Below are positions 31,982 to 41,483 of a stretch of DNA of 64,000 bases, one piece after another. Where the stretch lies: assembly GCA_030748775.1 (NCBI GenBank), contig JASMLH010000001.1, positions 106,658-170,657 of the forward strand. Reading direction: 5' to 3'. The notes beneath the pieces are model-generated. The model saw nothing but the letters and a program-made list of their open reading frames with translations. It did no database searches and was not told where the DNA came from. This stretch comes from Candidatus Thalassarchaeaceae archaeon. Lineage in GTDB: Archaea; Thermoplasmatota; Poseidoniia; Poseidoniales; Thalassarchaeaceae. Every line of letters starts with the position of its first letter. Within the stretch, counting starts at the first letter, position 1. Both the position numbers and the translations under genes were made by a program.

Positions 31982-34900
31982 TTAGTAGCTGAGACTCCCT
32001 CTCCAGCGGCGAATCTTCCTCCACAATTTGTGCAAATTGTCGATTTCCCACCGCCGAACTCGCCCTCAGGTGAAACATTGGGGAATGCCAATGGGGCAGG
32101 ACTAGCTACTTCTCCTTCTACGATTTCAGCATCAGAAATGGTCATGCTGCCAGACTCGGCCCTTTTTTCTCTACGTCCCCTTCTAGCCGAGGCACCTGTT
32201 TCTTCATCGGAATCAGGCCCTACCAACTCAACCAAATTGGCATCTACTGAAATATCGGAATCATCGACCAAGTCAACTATGTCATCTTCCATTCGCACTT
32301 GGGTCTCATCATCGATGCCCCTCCTCTTGCCAATCCACCTAATGCCCTGGGCCGAAAGCGATGCTAGCGTCACTAGGCCAAGAATCAGAACTGCGAAGGC
32401 CACACCTATGACGAGAATCTCAAAACTTTCCTGGTCAAGTCCCAATGAGGACCTAACCCTGTCAACCAGGTCGACATCCCTGATATCACTGTCATCGTCG
32501 ATTAGTGACCTGATTTGCCAGCCGCCCGAAGTAGAGACAACTAGCATGCTTTCCCCCAGTTCGGGTGATCTATCTGCCATCCCGAATTGCCCGGAAACAA
32601 TAACGTTGGAAAGCCCGATCCAATTGCCCTCATAGCTGACTTTCCCAAATTCCACTTGAGGCCCATATGGCCCTACTCTGTCGAAAATCACCTGCAAGCC
32701 ATTAGCGGTCTCGATTATCTCTGACCCTGTCATCCCTCTGGCGGGAATCCGGGACTCCATCCCCTCTTCAGCTTTGAATCTTGAATCGGCCACTATTGAG
32801 ACCAATTCAGAATCTTGGGGGTCTCCCTCTCTCCAGATTGCGATAATTCGATCCTCCTTGTCCTCAACAACAACGGCTAACTCTGGAAATGAAGCCTCAT
32901 CCCCGACCGCCTTCTTGTAATTCCATGCCGGTGCAGAAATCTCCCCATGGGCATACCATAGCCCAAGCCTCTCAACTCCTGTTGTGTCGTTCCTACTTGT
33001 CTGGTAAAGGAGATGACCCTGTTCGTGTCCGAACTCTATTGCAAGTGGTTCTGATAATGAGGGAGGGACATCTATGTCTGAAATTATGCTAGGATTATGA
33101 GTCCAATCAGAAGAAGAGACCGGGGCATCAGCGTAAATGGTGAAGATGTTTGTAACATCGTCCATGGTGCCTCCTGTGAAAATATCCCTATGGTAACCTG
33201 CTACGATGATCTCCGTATCCTTGACATCAATATCGACCCCCCAGTATTTACCATCCGAAAGAGGCATTCCGCTTAGGAGGTCTTGAATCGGGGTCATTCC
33301 GCATGTCGGGTCAATCGTAGAGTAGCTCACTGTCTGCATTAGGAAGCCGTTAGAGTCCAAATACCTCCTAGTCCAAACTAGATGTGCATAGCCATCTTCG
33401 GTACTATGAACCGCAAGGTCTCCCGACCAACGATCCTCCATGATGTTGGTGCATTGAATTAGTGACTTTGAAGGGGTGAGCCGGTAGAGGAACAGGGTAC
33501 CCTCTTTCTCGCTAATCAATATGTCACCCTCTTCTTTGTCAATGCTGATTATCTCGATCGGCACTTCCCCGATGTTGATTTCAGCCGCCCTCGGACCGGT
33601 CAAGGTCGAGCTGTCTACTAGGATTGTCTTGGTCAGGTCATTGTTCGACCAGTCAAGGTCGCTCCCATCTTCCACAATCGCGTTTACCCTGATCTCCCTA
33701 GGGCCAGTTCCGTTGGGCGTGTAGTAGAAAGAAATCGTTGAGTGGGAACCTCCCATGACAAATGGGGTGCTAGAGTTGCCAATCTGCTCCCATCCTCTAT
33801 GTGTCTTCTCTTCAAGAACCCCAATCACTTCCATAGAATCTGTGGAACCTAGATTGTCTACCCTTGCCTCTATGACCACTTGCTCTCCCGGCCGAGGAAC
33901 TGCTGGGCTGGTTGATATCGAGCCAGACCTAATTGCCAGGTCGACTCCAGGTGGCCTAGGAAGAACTTCGAATGTCCCGGAAAGTTGGTTGTTCGAATCG
34001 TCCAATTCATAAATCGAGTTCAACGGATCGATTGAAATGGCAATCTGCGCATCTCCTTCTGTACTTGGGTTCCAGTAAAGTACAATCTCTACGAATTCTC
34101 CAGTGTCTATGTTTGGAATGACGTACTCGTCTCTTCTGGAACCGCTTTCCTCCAAGATAACTCCCACATCGGTTGCCGCCTTGTCACCAGTGTTGCGCAT
34201 AGTTGCCCTGACTTCCAGGAAAGTGTTCACATACGCCTCTTTCATCGGTATCCCAAACTCCTGTACTGATATCGAACTACTTACGAACTGCAAATCTGGG
34301 GCTGGGGGGACATTGTCTACCACAACGAATCTACGGATCTCATCCGTAACAACTCCCGTGGCGCTGACGAGTCTTACGGACAGCCTATATTCGTCGTCTT
34401 TGACACTAGTCGTGTCCCAGTTGAAACTCCAATCCGTCCACCCATAGTCCCCCTCAATGCACCTAGTGCTACCCTGCTCTTCCCTGAACATGTGCACGCA
34501 GTATGGGTGATCGTCTACTTCTCCCAAACCGGATCCGTGCGCCAGTCCATATTCGTCCCAGGTGCCATCGTTGTAGAATGCCCCATCTACCCAATCCTCA
34601 CTATCCAATCTCCATTGAATTGTTGCATTGAAAACCGATTGGAACTGACCCCTAACCTGCACAGATCCAGATACTTCATCAAGACCACTTGGGGTCTCGA
34701 GGGTGATGTTTACCCTCCCAACCGGGAAGGAGAACTCCGTGGTATTGCTCCATCTTCCGATATCGTTTCTTGCAGCAACCTCCCCATATATCATTACTTC
34801 ACTGTACTCCTCTGGAAATGTTGGGATGGTGAAGGGAGTGGTCCAATTGGTTATCCCAATTGGATTGCTCCAATCCACTAACATAGAAGTTGTAGTCGGC

Positions 34901-36891
34901 TTGTTGTACTCTTCCCTGTAGTCCATTTTGACCCGAACTAGGACTTCTTCGATCGTACCATTATCCTCTCCATCTTCATCAATGTGCCCTCGAAGGTTGT
35001 ATGACTCGCCCTCAATCAGCCACGAGTGCTTTGCTGGGCTCTCTATCTCGACCCAGTGCCCTTGTTGGGGGTCTCCCGGTCCTAGGCTCTGGTTTGTATC
35101 TCCCGTACCAAACATTTCGCTAGCCACTAATCCTCCATCGATTATTCCGAATCCGTATTTCTCATTCCATGAGTATCCTTGGTATGTGTCATCAGTAGAC
35201 CAACCGTCTCGAAACTCTGAACCGGCCATAAGGAAATCTCTGATTGCCTCACTTCTGCTACCATCTTCAGAATCCATGAAGTCCATTTTCCTAATCTCCC
35301 CGATTTCCATCATGATTGCTATCAGTCCCGCTACAGCAGGGGTGGACATGCTTGAACCCGACTTCTGGACATAGTCATCCTTGGCCCTATTTACATCTGA
35401 ACCTGGTATAATCCCCGAAGACTCAGCGTGCTTAGCAGAATTGATGTTTGATCCAGGAGCTACGACCCACGGTTTCATTTCGTCATATGAGTCGGAATCT
35501 CCGTCATCCTGCCTCGGGCCATAGTTCGAGCTCGATGAAATCTGGTCATCATCCCTATCTATCGTATTTTTGTCGTCAAGCCAACCAACTGTAATTGCAG
35601 TGTCAGCAGAACCAACTGAGTTTACGTTGTTGGCACCGTCGTTCCCAATTGCTGCGACGCAAACCAACCCGCTTTCCGAGGCCTGGTTGACCAGATTCGC
35701 CTCAGCCGAGGTCCCGTCTTCGTTGTTGTCAGATGCTCCGGTACTCGCCCGGCCGAAGGACATCGAGACAATCTGGATTCCCCTGCTTGACTCGTTGTTC
35801 CCCCAGTCGGTATCTCTGTTGTTTATCACCCACTGAAGTCCAGCTAGTATCGACTGTGAATTCCCACCGCCATAGTCCTCCATAACCTTGACATCAACGA
35901 GGTAGGAGCCAGGGGCGTACCCTTGTACAATCCTAGAAGAGTCACCCGTTCCCAGCGCGATTCCGGCAACATGCGTCCCATGCCCATCTCCGTCGTCAGG
36001 GTCTTCCTCCGAGCATCCCGATTGGCCGACTCCCGTCGAATCGCATCCTGCAACCCACTTTGGATCCTCTATGTCGTCCGGGTCGTTAGAGTTGTCATTG
36101 TTGTCATCTGAAAAATCGTCTAGGGAGAAGTGCTCGTTATCCACTCCCGTGTCCAGAATTGCAATCACAATTCCAGAACCATGGTACCCGAGACCTCTGA
36201 TGGCATCACCGTACACGTCGGATTGACGGACCTTGGAACCCTTTGCTGCCTTGTCCAAGTATGGGACGATTACGTTTTGCTCTTCTACCAGGACGACCCC
36301 ATCTAATCCCCAGATTTCCAAAAGTGAGCTAACTGGAACGTGATCCAGAACAATTGCATCTAAGTGGTCCATCGGCATGAACCAAGACCCATCCTGCACC
36401 CACCCATGGGCCTCAATGACTCCTCTGATGGATTCGATATCAGTTGCCCCAGGGTGCCATGCATAGTGTACAATGATGGCAACTGTCTGTCTTCCATCAT
36501 CCCCCAATATGGAAGTCTTGGAAACCGATTCCCTCTCCTCCAAGATAATTTGTTGTAGCCTATCATCAAGTCCGTTTGAGTCAGTATCGGACCAGAATCC
36601 GTACCACCATCCATATTCCATCATGGGGGGAGAGGAGTCTAGAGGGGTGAAATTCGGTGAACGACTCTTTTCTTCACATAGGCTGACTTCACAGAAGAAG
36701 GAAGGACCTGCCTCGTTGCTGGATGACCCATTCAACTCCTCGTTGGCTTCAGTCGAGAGATTTCCGGAGGCCATTCCAGCCGAAATATCGAGCACCAGCA
36801 ACATCAAGGCAGCAATAATTGGTGTAATTGAACCAACCCTTTTTGACATGGCTCTCGTAGAGAGCCAAAGTAATGGCCTGTATAACTCCAA
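31948..36891 (-). CDS. 1647-aa secreted subtilisin-like (S8) serine protease. Multi-domain, with C-terminal TM anchor and cytoplasmic tail ending in a CxxC…CxxC zinc ribbon
   Basis: Catalytic triad contexts AILDTGVD (Asp), HGTHVAGIA (His), GSSMSTPAVAG (Ser). Signal peptide. TM FEILVIGVAFAVLILGLVTLASL. C-terminal CTNCGG…CPVCGE. Confidence 0.8.
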   Translation of the reverse strand: MELYRPLLWLSTRAMSKRVGSITPIIAALMLLVLDISAGMASGNLSTEANEELNGSSSNEAGPSFFCEVSLCEEKSRSPNFTPLDSSPPMMEYGWWYGFWSDTDSNGLDDRLQQIILEERESVSKTSILGDDGRQTVAIIVHYAWHPGATDIESIRGVIEAHGWVQDGSWFMPMDHLDAIVLDHVPVSSLLEIWGLDGVVLVEEQNVIVPYLDKAAKGSKVRQSDVYGDAIRGLGYHGSGIVIAILDTGVDNEHFSLDDFSDDNNDNSNDPDDIEDPKWVAGCDSTGVGQSGCSEEDPDDGDGHGTHVAGIALGTGDSSRIVQGYAPGSYLVDVKVMEDYGGGNSQSILAGLQWVINNRDTDWGNNESSRGIQIVSMSFGRASTGASDNNEDGTSAEANLVNQASESGLVCVAAIGNDGANNVNSVGSADTAITVGWLDDKNTIDRDDDQISSSSNYGPRQDDGDSDSYDEMKPWVVAPGSNINSAKHAESSGIIPGSDVNRAKDDYVQKSGSSMSTPAVAGLIAIMMEIGEIRKMDFMDSEDGSRSEAIRDFLMAGSEFRDGWSTDDTYQGYSWNEKYGFGIIDGGLVASEMFGTGDTNQSLGPGDPQQGHWVEIESPAKHSWLIEGESYNLRGHIDEDGEDNGTIEEVLVRVKMDYREEYNKPTTTSMLVDWSNPIGITNWTTPFTIPTFPEEYSEVMIYGEVAARNDIGRWSNTTEFSFPVGRVNITLETPSGLDEVSGSVQVRGQFQSVFNATIQWRLDSEDWVDGAFYNDGTWDEYGLAHGSGLGEVDDHPYCVHMFREEQGSTRCIEGDYGWTDWSFNWDTTSVKDDEYRLSVRLVSATGVVTDEIRRFVVVDNVPPAPDLQFVSSSISVQEFGIPMKEAYVNTFLEVRATMRNTGDKAATDVGVILEESGSRRDEYVIPNIDTGEFVEIVLYWNPSTEGDAQIAISIDPLNSIYELDDSNNQLSGTFEVLPRPPGVDLAIRSGSISTSPAVPRPGEQVVIEARVDNLGSTDSMEVIGVLEEKTHRGWEQIGNSSTPFVMGGSHSTISFYYTPNGTGPREIRVNAIVEDGSDLDWSNNDLTKTILVDSSTLTGPRAAEINIGEVPIEIISIDKEEGDILISEKEGTLFLYRLTPSKSLIQCTNIMEDRWSGDLAVHSTEDGYAHLVWTRRYLDSNGFLMQTVSYSTIDPTCGMTPIQDLLSGMPLSDGKYWGVDIDVKDTEIIVAGYHRDIFTGGTMDDVTNIFTIYADAPVSSSDWTHNPSIISDIDVPPSLSEPLAIEFGHEQGHLLYQTSRNDTTGVERLGLWYAHGEISAPAWNYKKAVGDEASFPELAVVVEDKEDRIIAIWREGDPQDSELVSIVADSRFKAEEGMESRIPARGMTGSEIIETANGLQVIFDRVGPYGPQVEFGKVSYEGNWIGLSNVIVSGQFGMADRSPELGESMLVVSTSGGWQIRSLIDDDSDIRDVDLVDRVRSSLGLDQESFEILVIGVAFAVLILGLVTLASLSAQGIRWIGKRRGIDDETQVRMEDDIVDLVDDSDISVDANLVELVGPDSDEETGASARRGRREKRAESGSMTISDAEIVEGEVASPAPLAFPNVSPEGEFGGGKSTICTNCGGRFAAGEGVSATKCPVCGERVDL

Positions 36892-36917
36892 CCTATACGG
36901 GACTCAATCCTATGTCG

Positions 36918-38036
36918 TTATGGCCACTCGAAATGGGAAGCGGACACCCCACACCTTAGTGTGCAAACGTCTCGCTCAACCACCGCTACAATCTCTCCAT
37001 CACATTTTGGACAGACCGTGTTTTCTGACAACTCTTCCAGCCACGCTTGCCTAGTCTCCAGTTCATCACCTTCTTGACGGAGCTTAGCAAGAACTCTAGC
37101 TGCTTGACCTTCTAGTGTCCTGCCTGATAGACTCCATGGGTCTTCCCCGAGTACCCCCATACTCTCAATAGCCCTCCTTCTTGTTCCAGGCTGAGAAAAA
37201 CCACCTGATACCGTTCCACTTTCGTATAATTCGCTGGGCGCTCCTTTGGCAATAGGCCGAGCTGCCACGTAGGCCAGCAGGAATCCACCAACATGGGCCA
37301 TATGTGCCACATTGCTTTCTCCCGCTGTTCCCGTCTGGATGGAGTAGATTTGGAATATTTCGAGCCCCAGCCTGAAGAACGCAATGAGCCATACAGGCCA
37401 GGCACGAATCAGGAACAATAGTGGGAACTCTATCTTGTCCTCCGGCCAACATGCCATGTACGCACCCAGTATTCCAAATGCCGCTCCGCTTGCACCTATC
37501 GCAGGAACAGATGACTGCGGATGAGTTGCAATCCATGCAATATTTCCCCCTAGTAGTCCAATAATGTATACTGCAATCCACCTCTTTGGCCCCATCCTCT
37601 GCTCAAGCGGGACTCCGGCTAGCGCAATCACCAGAACGTTGCCCAAGACGTGGATGAAATCAGCATGCAACCATGCCGCCGTAATAATTCTGTGATAATG
37701 GCCAAGCCCCTCTCCAATGGGGATATTTTGATCTGTAAATATGGTCGGAATCAAGCTGAAAAGATGAATTGGGTGGAAGCTAATGTTGAATGTCTCCAGG
37801 GCAAACTGCAGGAACATCACCAGCAATAGAGAAAGTACCGTTGCCAGTGCGATGCTTGTCTGATTGCGTATTGCAGATATGTATGGCCAAATTGCAACGG
37901 CAATTATCACTACTACCCACAGAAAGTCCGTCGACTCAAGAAGCCCCCATGCCCAGTCACTATCCGATGGCGTCGACGCCATAATGGGCCCTGCTACCTT
38001 GTCCCCAAGAGTGCTTCGTTGGACGGAACCACTCAT
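36918..38036 (-). CDS. rhomboid-family intramembrane serine protease with C-terminal cytoplasmic zinc ribbon
   Basis: HYHRIITAAWLHADFIHVLGN, catalytic GASGAAFG and AHMAHVGGF. C-terminal CPKCDG…CTLRCG. Confidence 0.7.
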   Translation of the reverse strand: MSGSVQRSTLGDKVAGPIMASTPSDSDWAWGLLESTDFLWVVVIIAVAIWPYISAIRNQTSIALATVLSLLLVMFLQFALETFNISFHPIHLFSLIPTIFTDQNIPIGEGLGHYHRIITAAWLHADFIHVLGNVLVIALAGVPLEQRMGPKRWIAVYIIGLLGGNIAWIATHPQSSVPAIGASGAAFGILGAYMACWPEDKIEFPLLFLIRAWPVWLIAFFRLGLEIFQIYSIQTGTAGESNVAHMAHVGGFLLAYVAARPIAKGAPSELYESGTVSGGFSQPGTRRRAIESMGVLGEDPWSLSGRTLEGQAARVLAKLRQEGDELETRQAWLEELSENTVCPKCDGEIVAVVERDVCTLRCGVSASHFEWP

Positions 38037-39473
38037 ACGAAGTCACTGCACCGCCCCAACATGGGACTGCACCCCCTTGCCGAGGCTAGGGAAGTTGTCG
38101 CCCACAGGGGCCCAACTAGGGTCCTCTCATCCACATCATTCTCCCTTGAAGAGGGACAACTAGTTGCTCTGGTCGGGGAAAACGGATCTGGGAAGACAAC
38201 AGTGATAGAAACTTTAGCAGGAATAATTCCTCTCAGGGAAGGTGGTGTTTATTGGAGGGGAAAAGAAGGGAAAATTGTCACGGTAAGGGACTCAGAAGGA
38301 CGTAGGAATGCTCCCCCGCCGATGGGACTGACTCTTCAGAAGGATGGGATATGTGGCGATGAGACCGTTAGAGAGCGCATGTCTTCTTCTCTGGAAGTAG
38401 CAGGTCTGAAGGTAGAAAACGAGGAAATCAACAATTTATTGGAAATCTGGGGGCTATCTCACAGATCTGAAGATCGAGTGCTTCAACTTTCAGGAGGCCT
38501 AAGAAGGCGGCTTTCGCTATTATGTGGAATCGCACCTGCCGCACTTCGTGATGAACCAACTGCTGTACTACTTGACGAACCATCAGAAGGCCTTGACAGA
38601 TCAGCAAAAGAGACATTGGTGGGTTGGCTAAGGGCACTTTCCTCCAGAAATCACGGAGTTGTTTTTGCAACCCATGACGCTGATTTGATCAAATGCGCAG
38701 ATAGGGTCTTATCCATCAAAGATGGGCACCTTTCCGAGGAAACGGGAGAGTCTTCAGGTGATCCCTGTGAGTTACCAGAAGCATGTGTCTCGGAGGAACC
38801 AAGCCCAGTATTCTCAGCTGTAAGATGGGCTCTGAGGATGGAGTATAGGAACCCCATCGATACCGTTGGCAAGGCTACTCCAGCAGTTGTCTGCCTATTG
38901 CTGGCATATGCCCTAGTAGGGGAATTGGATATCGATTCCCATGGTAGTGAACTTCTAGCAGCATTGGTACTCGCTCCGGCATTCATTACGGCAATATCCT
39001 CTCCTGCAATACTGAGCCGTCTTTCTGAATCAGACAGCGGTAGGTGGTGGGACGCAGTGGTGGGTCCAATGGCCCGTCCAGCCTACTCAATCGGAGGGGC
39101 TTCGATAATTTTGCCAATCCCCCTCGTTTACCTCTCTTGGCTCGTCCTAGCTGGCTCAGTCGATTCTGAAACATCATCAGAGGTGCTTTGGTGGCTTTGG
39201 CTACCTGCCCTGTCAATGCTGGACTTGGCCGTGGCAGCAACTTCGCTACATCTTCTTGTTTCTGACCTATCCAGGTCAAGCGCCGTACCCGTCCCTCTTC
39301 TTCTGGTTGTTCTAGTTTGGCCATTCCTTGAGCTCACCGATGCATTGGCGACAATAATCGATGAGGGGATGGAATTCAGCCTAACTCTGCAGGATCCGAT
39401 TATTACTTGTCTCATTGCTAGCCTAATCTCCGCTCTAGTTTGGCTTGGAGCAGTACTGATTCCAGACTATTGA
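38019..39473 (+). CDS. ABC transporter ATPase fused to a polytopic permease domain. Probable CcmA-CcmB (heme exporter) fusion
   Basis: Walker A GENGSGKTT, signature LSGGLRRRLSL, Walker B LLDEPSEGLD. About 225-aa C-terminal multi-TM domain. Followed by ccmC in the canonical ccmABCD order. Likely start at M15 (38061). Confidence 0.5.
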   Translation: MDGTTHTKSLHRPNMGLHPLAEAREVVAHRGPTRVLSSTSFSLEEGQLVALVGENGSGKTTVIETLAGIIPLREGGVYWRGKEGKIVTVRDSEGRRNAPPPMGLTLQKDGICGDETVRERMSSSLEVAGLKVENEEINNLLEIWGLSHRSEDRVLQLSGGLRRRLSLLCGIAPAALRDEPTAVLLDEPSEGLDRSAKETLVGWLRALSSRNHGVVFATHDADLIKCADRVLSIKDGHLSEETGESSGDPCELPEACVSEEPSPVFSAVRWALRMEYRNPIDTVGKATPAVVCLLLAYALVGELDIDSHGSELLAALVLAPAFITAISSPAILSRLSESDSGRWWDAVVGPMARPAYSIGGASIILPIPLVYLSWLVLAGSVDSETSSEVLWWLWLPALSMLDLAVAATSLHLLVSDLSRSSAVPVPLLLVVLVWPFLELTDALATIIDEGMEFSLTLQDPIITCLIASLISALVWLGAVLIPDY

Positions 39474-39511
39474 GGAAGAGCATTCTTGACTAGCAAATCA
39501 GTCGCAGACTC

Positions 39512-40225
39512 GTGATTGATTCGAGGTCGGTTGCCATCCCCCTCACTGGCTTAGGCTTGCTCGGGGCTGTTACTACTGCAATTCTTGGATTTGTTTGGGC
39601 TCCATTGGTTAACCCTGATGTGTGGCATGCTCCAGAGGCATATCGAATTCTCTACTGGCACGTTCCCTTTGCATGGACCTCCTTCCTCGCGTTCTGCCTA
39701 TTGTTCGTCGGCTCGGTGTCGTGGTTCCTCAGACGTTCCGAGAGGGGTTGGGGGATGCTTGTAATCGGTTCAGAGCTCGGGCTCCTTTTTGGGACTGGAG
39801 TGGTAATTTCTGGGCCTATTTGGGCTTCGGCAGAGTGGGGCGTTCCATGGGACTGGGGGGACGCCCGGCTGAATACGTATGCCCTGCTAACAGCTGTTGC
39901 ACTATTTCTTGTAATGTCCATAAGAAGCCAACCGGATGGGCAGGAAACCAGGGACAGCCTTTCCACAATAGGCATATTGGGGTGCGTTGTATTGGTTCCA
40001 ATCACCGTATTTGCAACCACTCTCTGGCAAAACAGGCATCCCGGAGTCGTAGTTATCGAGACAGAGGAGACCGGCCTGGATCCAGATATCAAGTTAGTTT
40101 TGATGCTGGGAACTGCCTCTTTCCTGGTCCTTTTTGCGGGACTAGTGGCACTGAACGATGCGATCAGGGCGGCTTCCGAGGAAAATGAGGAATTGCTGAA
40201 TTCCTTCGATAAGGAGGCTCTTTGA
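39512..40225 (+). CDS. ccmC: cytochrome c-type biogenesis protein CcmC-like (heme-handling WWD-domain family)
   Basis: Trp-rich WWD motif WASAEWGVPWDWGDARLNT. About 240 aa, 6 TM. Confidence 0.6.
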   Translation: MIDSRSVAIPLTGLGLLGAVTTAILGFVWAPLVNPDVWHAPEAYRILYWHVPFAWTSFLAFCLLFVGSVSWFLRRSERGWGMLVIGSELGLLFGTGVVISGPIWASAEWGVPWDWGDARLNTYALLTAVALFLVMSIRSQPDGQETRDSLSTIGILGCVVLVPITVFATTLWQNRHPGVVVIETEETGLDPDIKLVLMLGTASFLVLFAGLVALNDAIRAASEENEELLNSFDKEAL

Positions 40226-40365
40226 TGACGGGGACTTTCGAGGCATTACTTACCTATGCCATTCTCTCAGTATTGCTAGGATTCTATGTGGCAGGCCGAA
40301 TCAAGCTTCTTTCGCAGTTAACCTCGGAAACCTCCGCAAGTGGTTTTCATGACAGCGAAGAGTAG
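40225..40365 (+). CDS. 46-aa single-TM protein, CcmD-like by size and position (below ORF-track cutoff)
   Basis: ATGA start/stop overlap with the ccmC-like gene. MTGTFEALLTYAILSVLLGFYVAGRIKLLSQL… single hydrophobic helix. Confidence 0.25.
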   Translation: MTGTFEALLTYAILSVLLGFYVAGRIKLLSQLTSETSASGFHDSEE

Positions 40366-40424
40366 CCTCCAAACCTCTCGGAAGCCTTCTAACGGGGCGT
40401 CTGAGCGCAGCATCCGGGAAATCC

Positions 40425-41483
40425 ATGGCTGGAGGGGCTTTTTGCATAATTTGTGGGGCCGAACCTCCACTTTCTAGTGACAGGATGTGCGAACCCTGCC
40501 TCAGGGAGAGGACCGTTCTATCCATGATACCTGAAAGGATTCAACAGAACAGATGTGCAAAGTGCTCCTCTTTCGAAGTAAAGGGACGGTGGTCGAATAT
40601 GTCCGACGCCGACATCTCCGATATGAGAATCAGAGAAAATCTAGTTCTCGAAGAGAGGGCATCCAAGGCTAGCATCTCATTCTCATCCCAGACAATCGAC
40701 GACAGGACAATCAGACTAGAAGTGGATGTTAGTGGACTTATCGAGGGTTACGAATTTGCCGACTCACATTCAATCCTGCTTCAGACGAGCAATGCCGTTT
40801 GCCCCTCATGCACAAGGAAGGCCGGAGACTACTTTGAAGCAACGGTTCAGTTGCGTTCTGCTGGAAGGAAGCTCGACTCGCAGGAATTGGCAGACCTCAG
40901 GTCGACTTTGGATGAAATGATAGAGTCCATGGAATCGAACCCGATGTTTTTCGTCACGAAGGAGGGCCCTGTTCCAGGGGGGTGGGACTTGCAATTGGGT
41001 TCGAAGAGCCTCGCCAGGAGCTGGGGACGAAATCTCGTCAAGTCTTTCGGTGGTTCCGTGAAGGAGAGCTCGACTGTAGTAGGCATGAACGATGGCGTTG
41101 AGGTGACAAGGCTGACTCTCAGCTATAGGAAGCCAGCATATGCCATCGGGGACGTAGTTAAACACAAGAAGTCGCTATGGCTAGTGTCCAGTTGGCAGAA
41201 AGACGGCCCGATACTAAGACGGATAGACAGATTCGAGAGAAGCGGAGCTACTTGGAGAGACATGGAGTCATCCAGCGTAGTTTGTTCAAAGTCTGAACAG
41301 CATGTGATACAGGTTCTCAACAGAGACAGCTCTGCTGCAGAGTTCATGGATCCATCCGACTACAAGGTCACAACAGTGGCACTTCCCTACGATGATGACG
41401 GAGAAGCTGGGGAATTGCGCATCGCCTTCATAGACGGTGGATGGCTGGCCCTGCCTGTCTCTGACAGGGGTGGTGGAAAATGA
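40425..41483 (+). CDS. nmd3: NMD3-family protein (ribosomal large-subunit export/assembly factor homolog)
   Basis: N-terminal CxxC x4 (CIICG, CEPC, CAKC…) and CPSCTRKAGDYFEATVQLR motif characteristic of Nmd3. Confidence 0.6.
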   Translation: MAGGAFCIICGAEPPLSSDRMCEPCLRERTVLSMIPERIQQNRCAKCSSFEVKGRWSNMSDADISDMRIRENLVLEERASKASISFSSQTIDDRTIRLEVDVSGLIEGYEFADSHSILLQTSNAVCPSCTRKAGDYFEATVQLRSAGRKLDSQELADLRSTLDEMIESMESNPMFFVTKEGPVPGGWDLQLGSKSLARSWGRNLVKSFGGSVKESSTVVGMNDGVEVTRLTLSYRKPAYAIGDVVKHKKSLWLVSSWQKDGPILRRIDRFERSGATWRDMESSSVVCSKSEQHVIQVLNRDSSAAEFMDPSDYKVTTVALPYDDDGEAGELRIAFIDGGWLALPVSDRGGGK

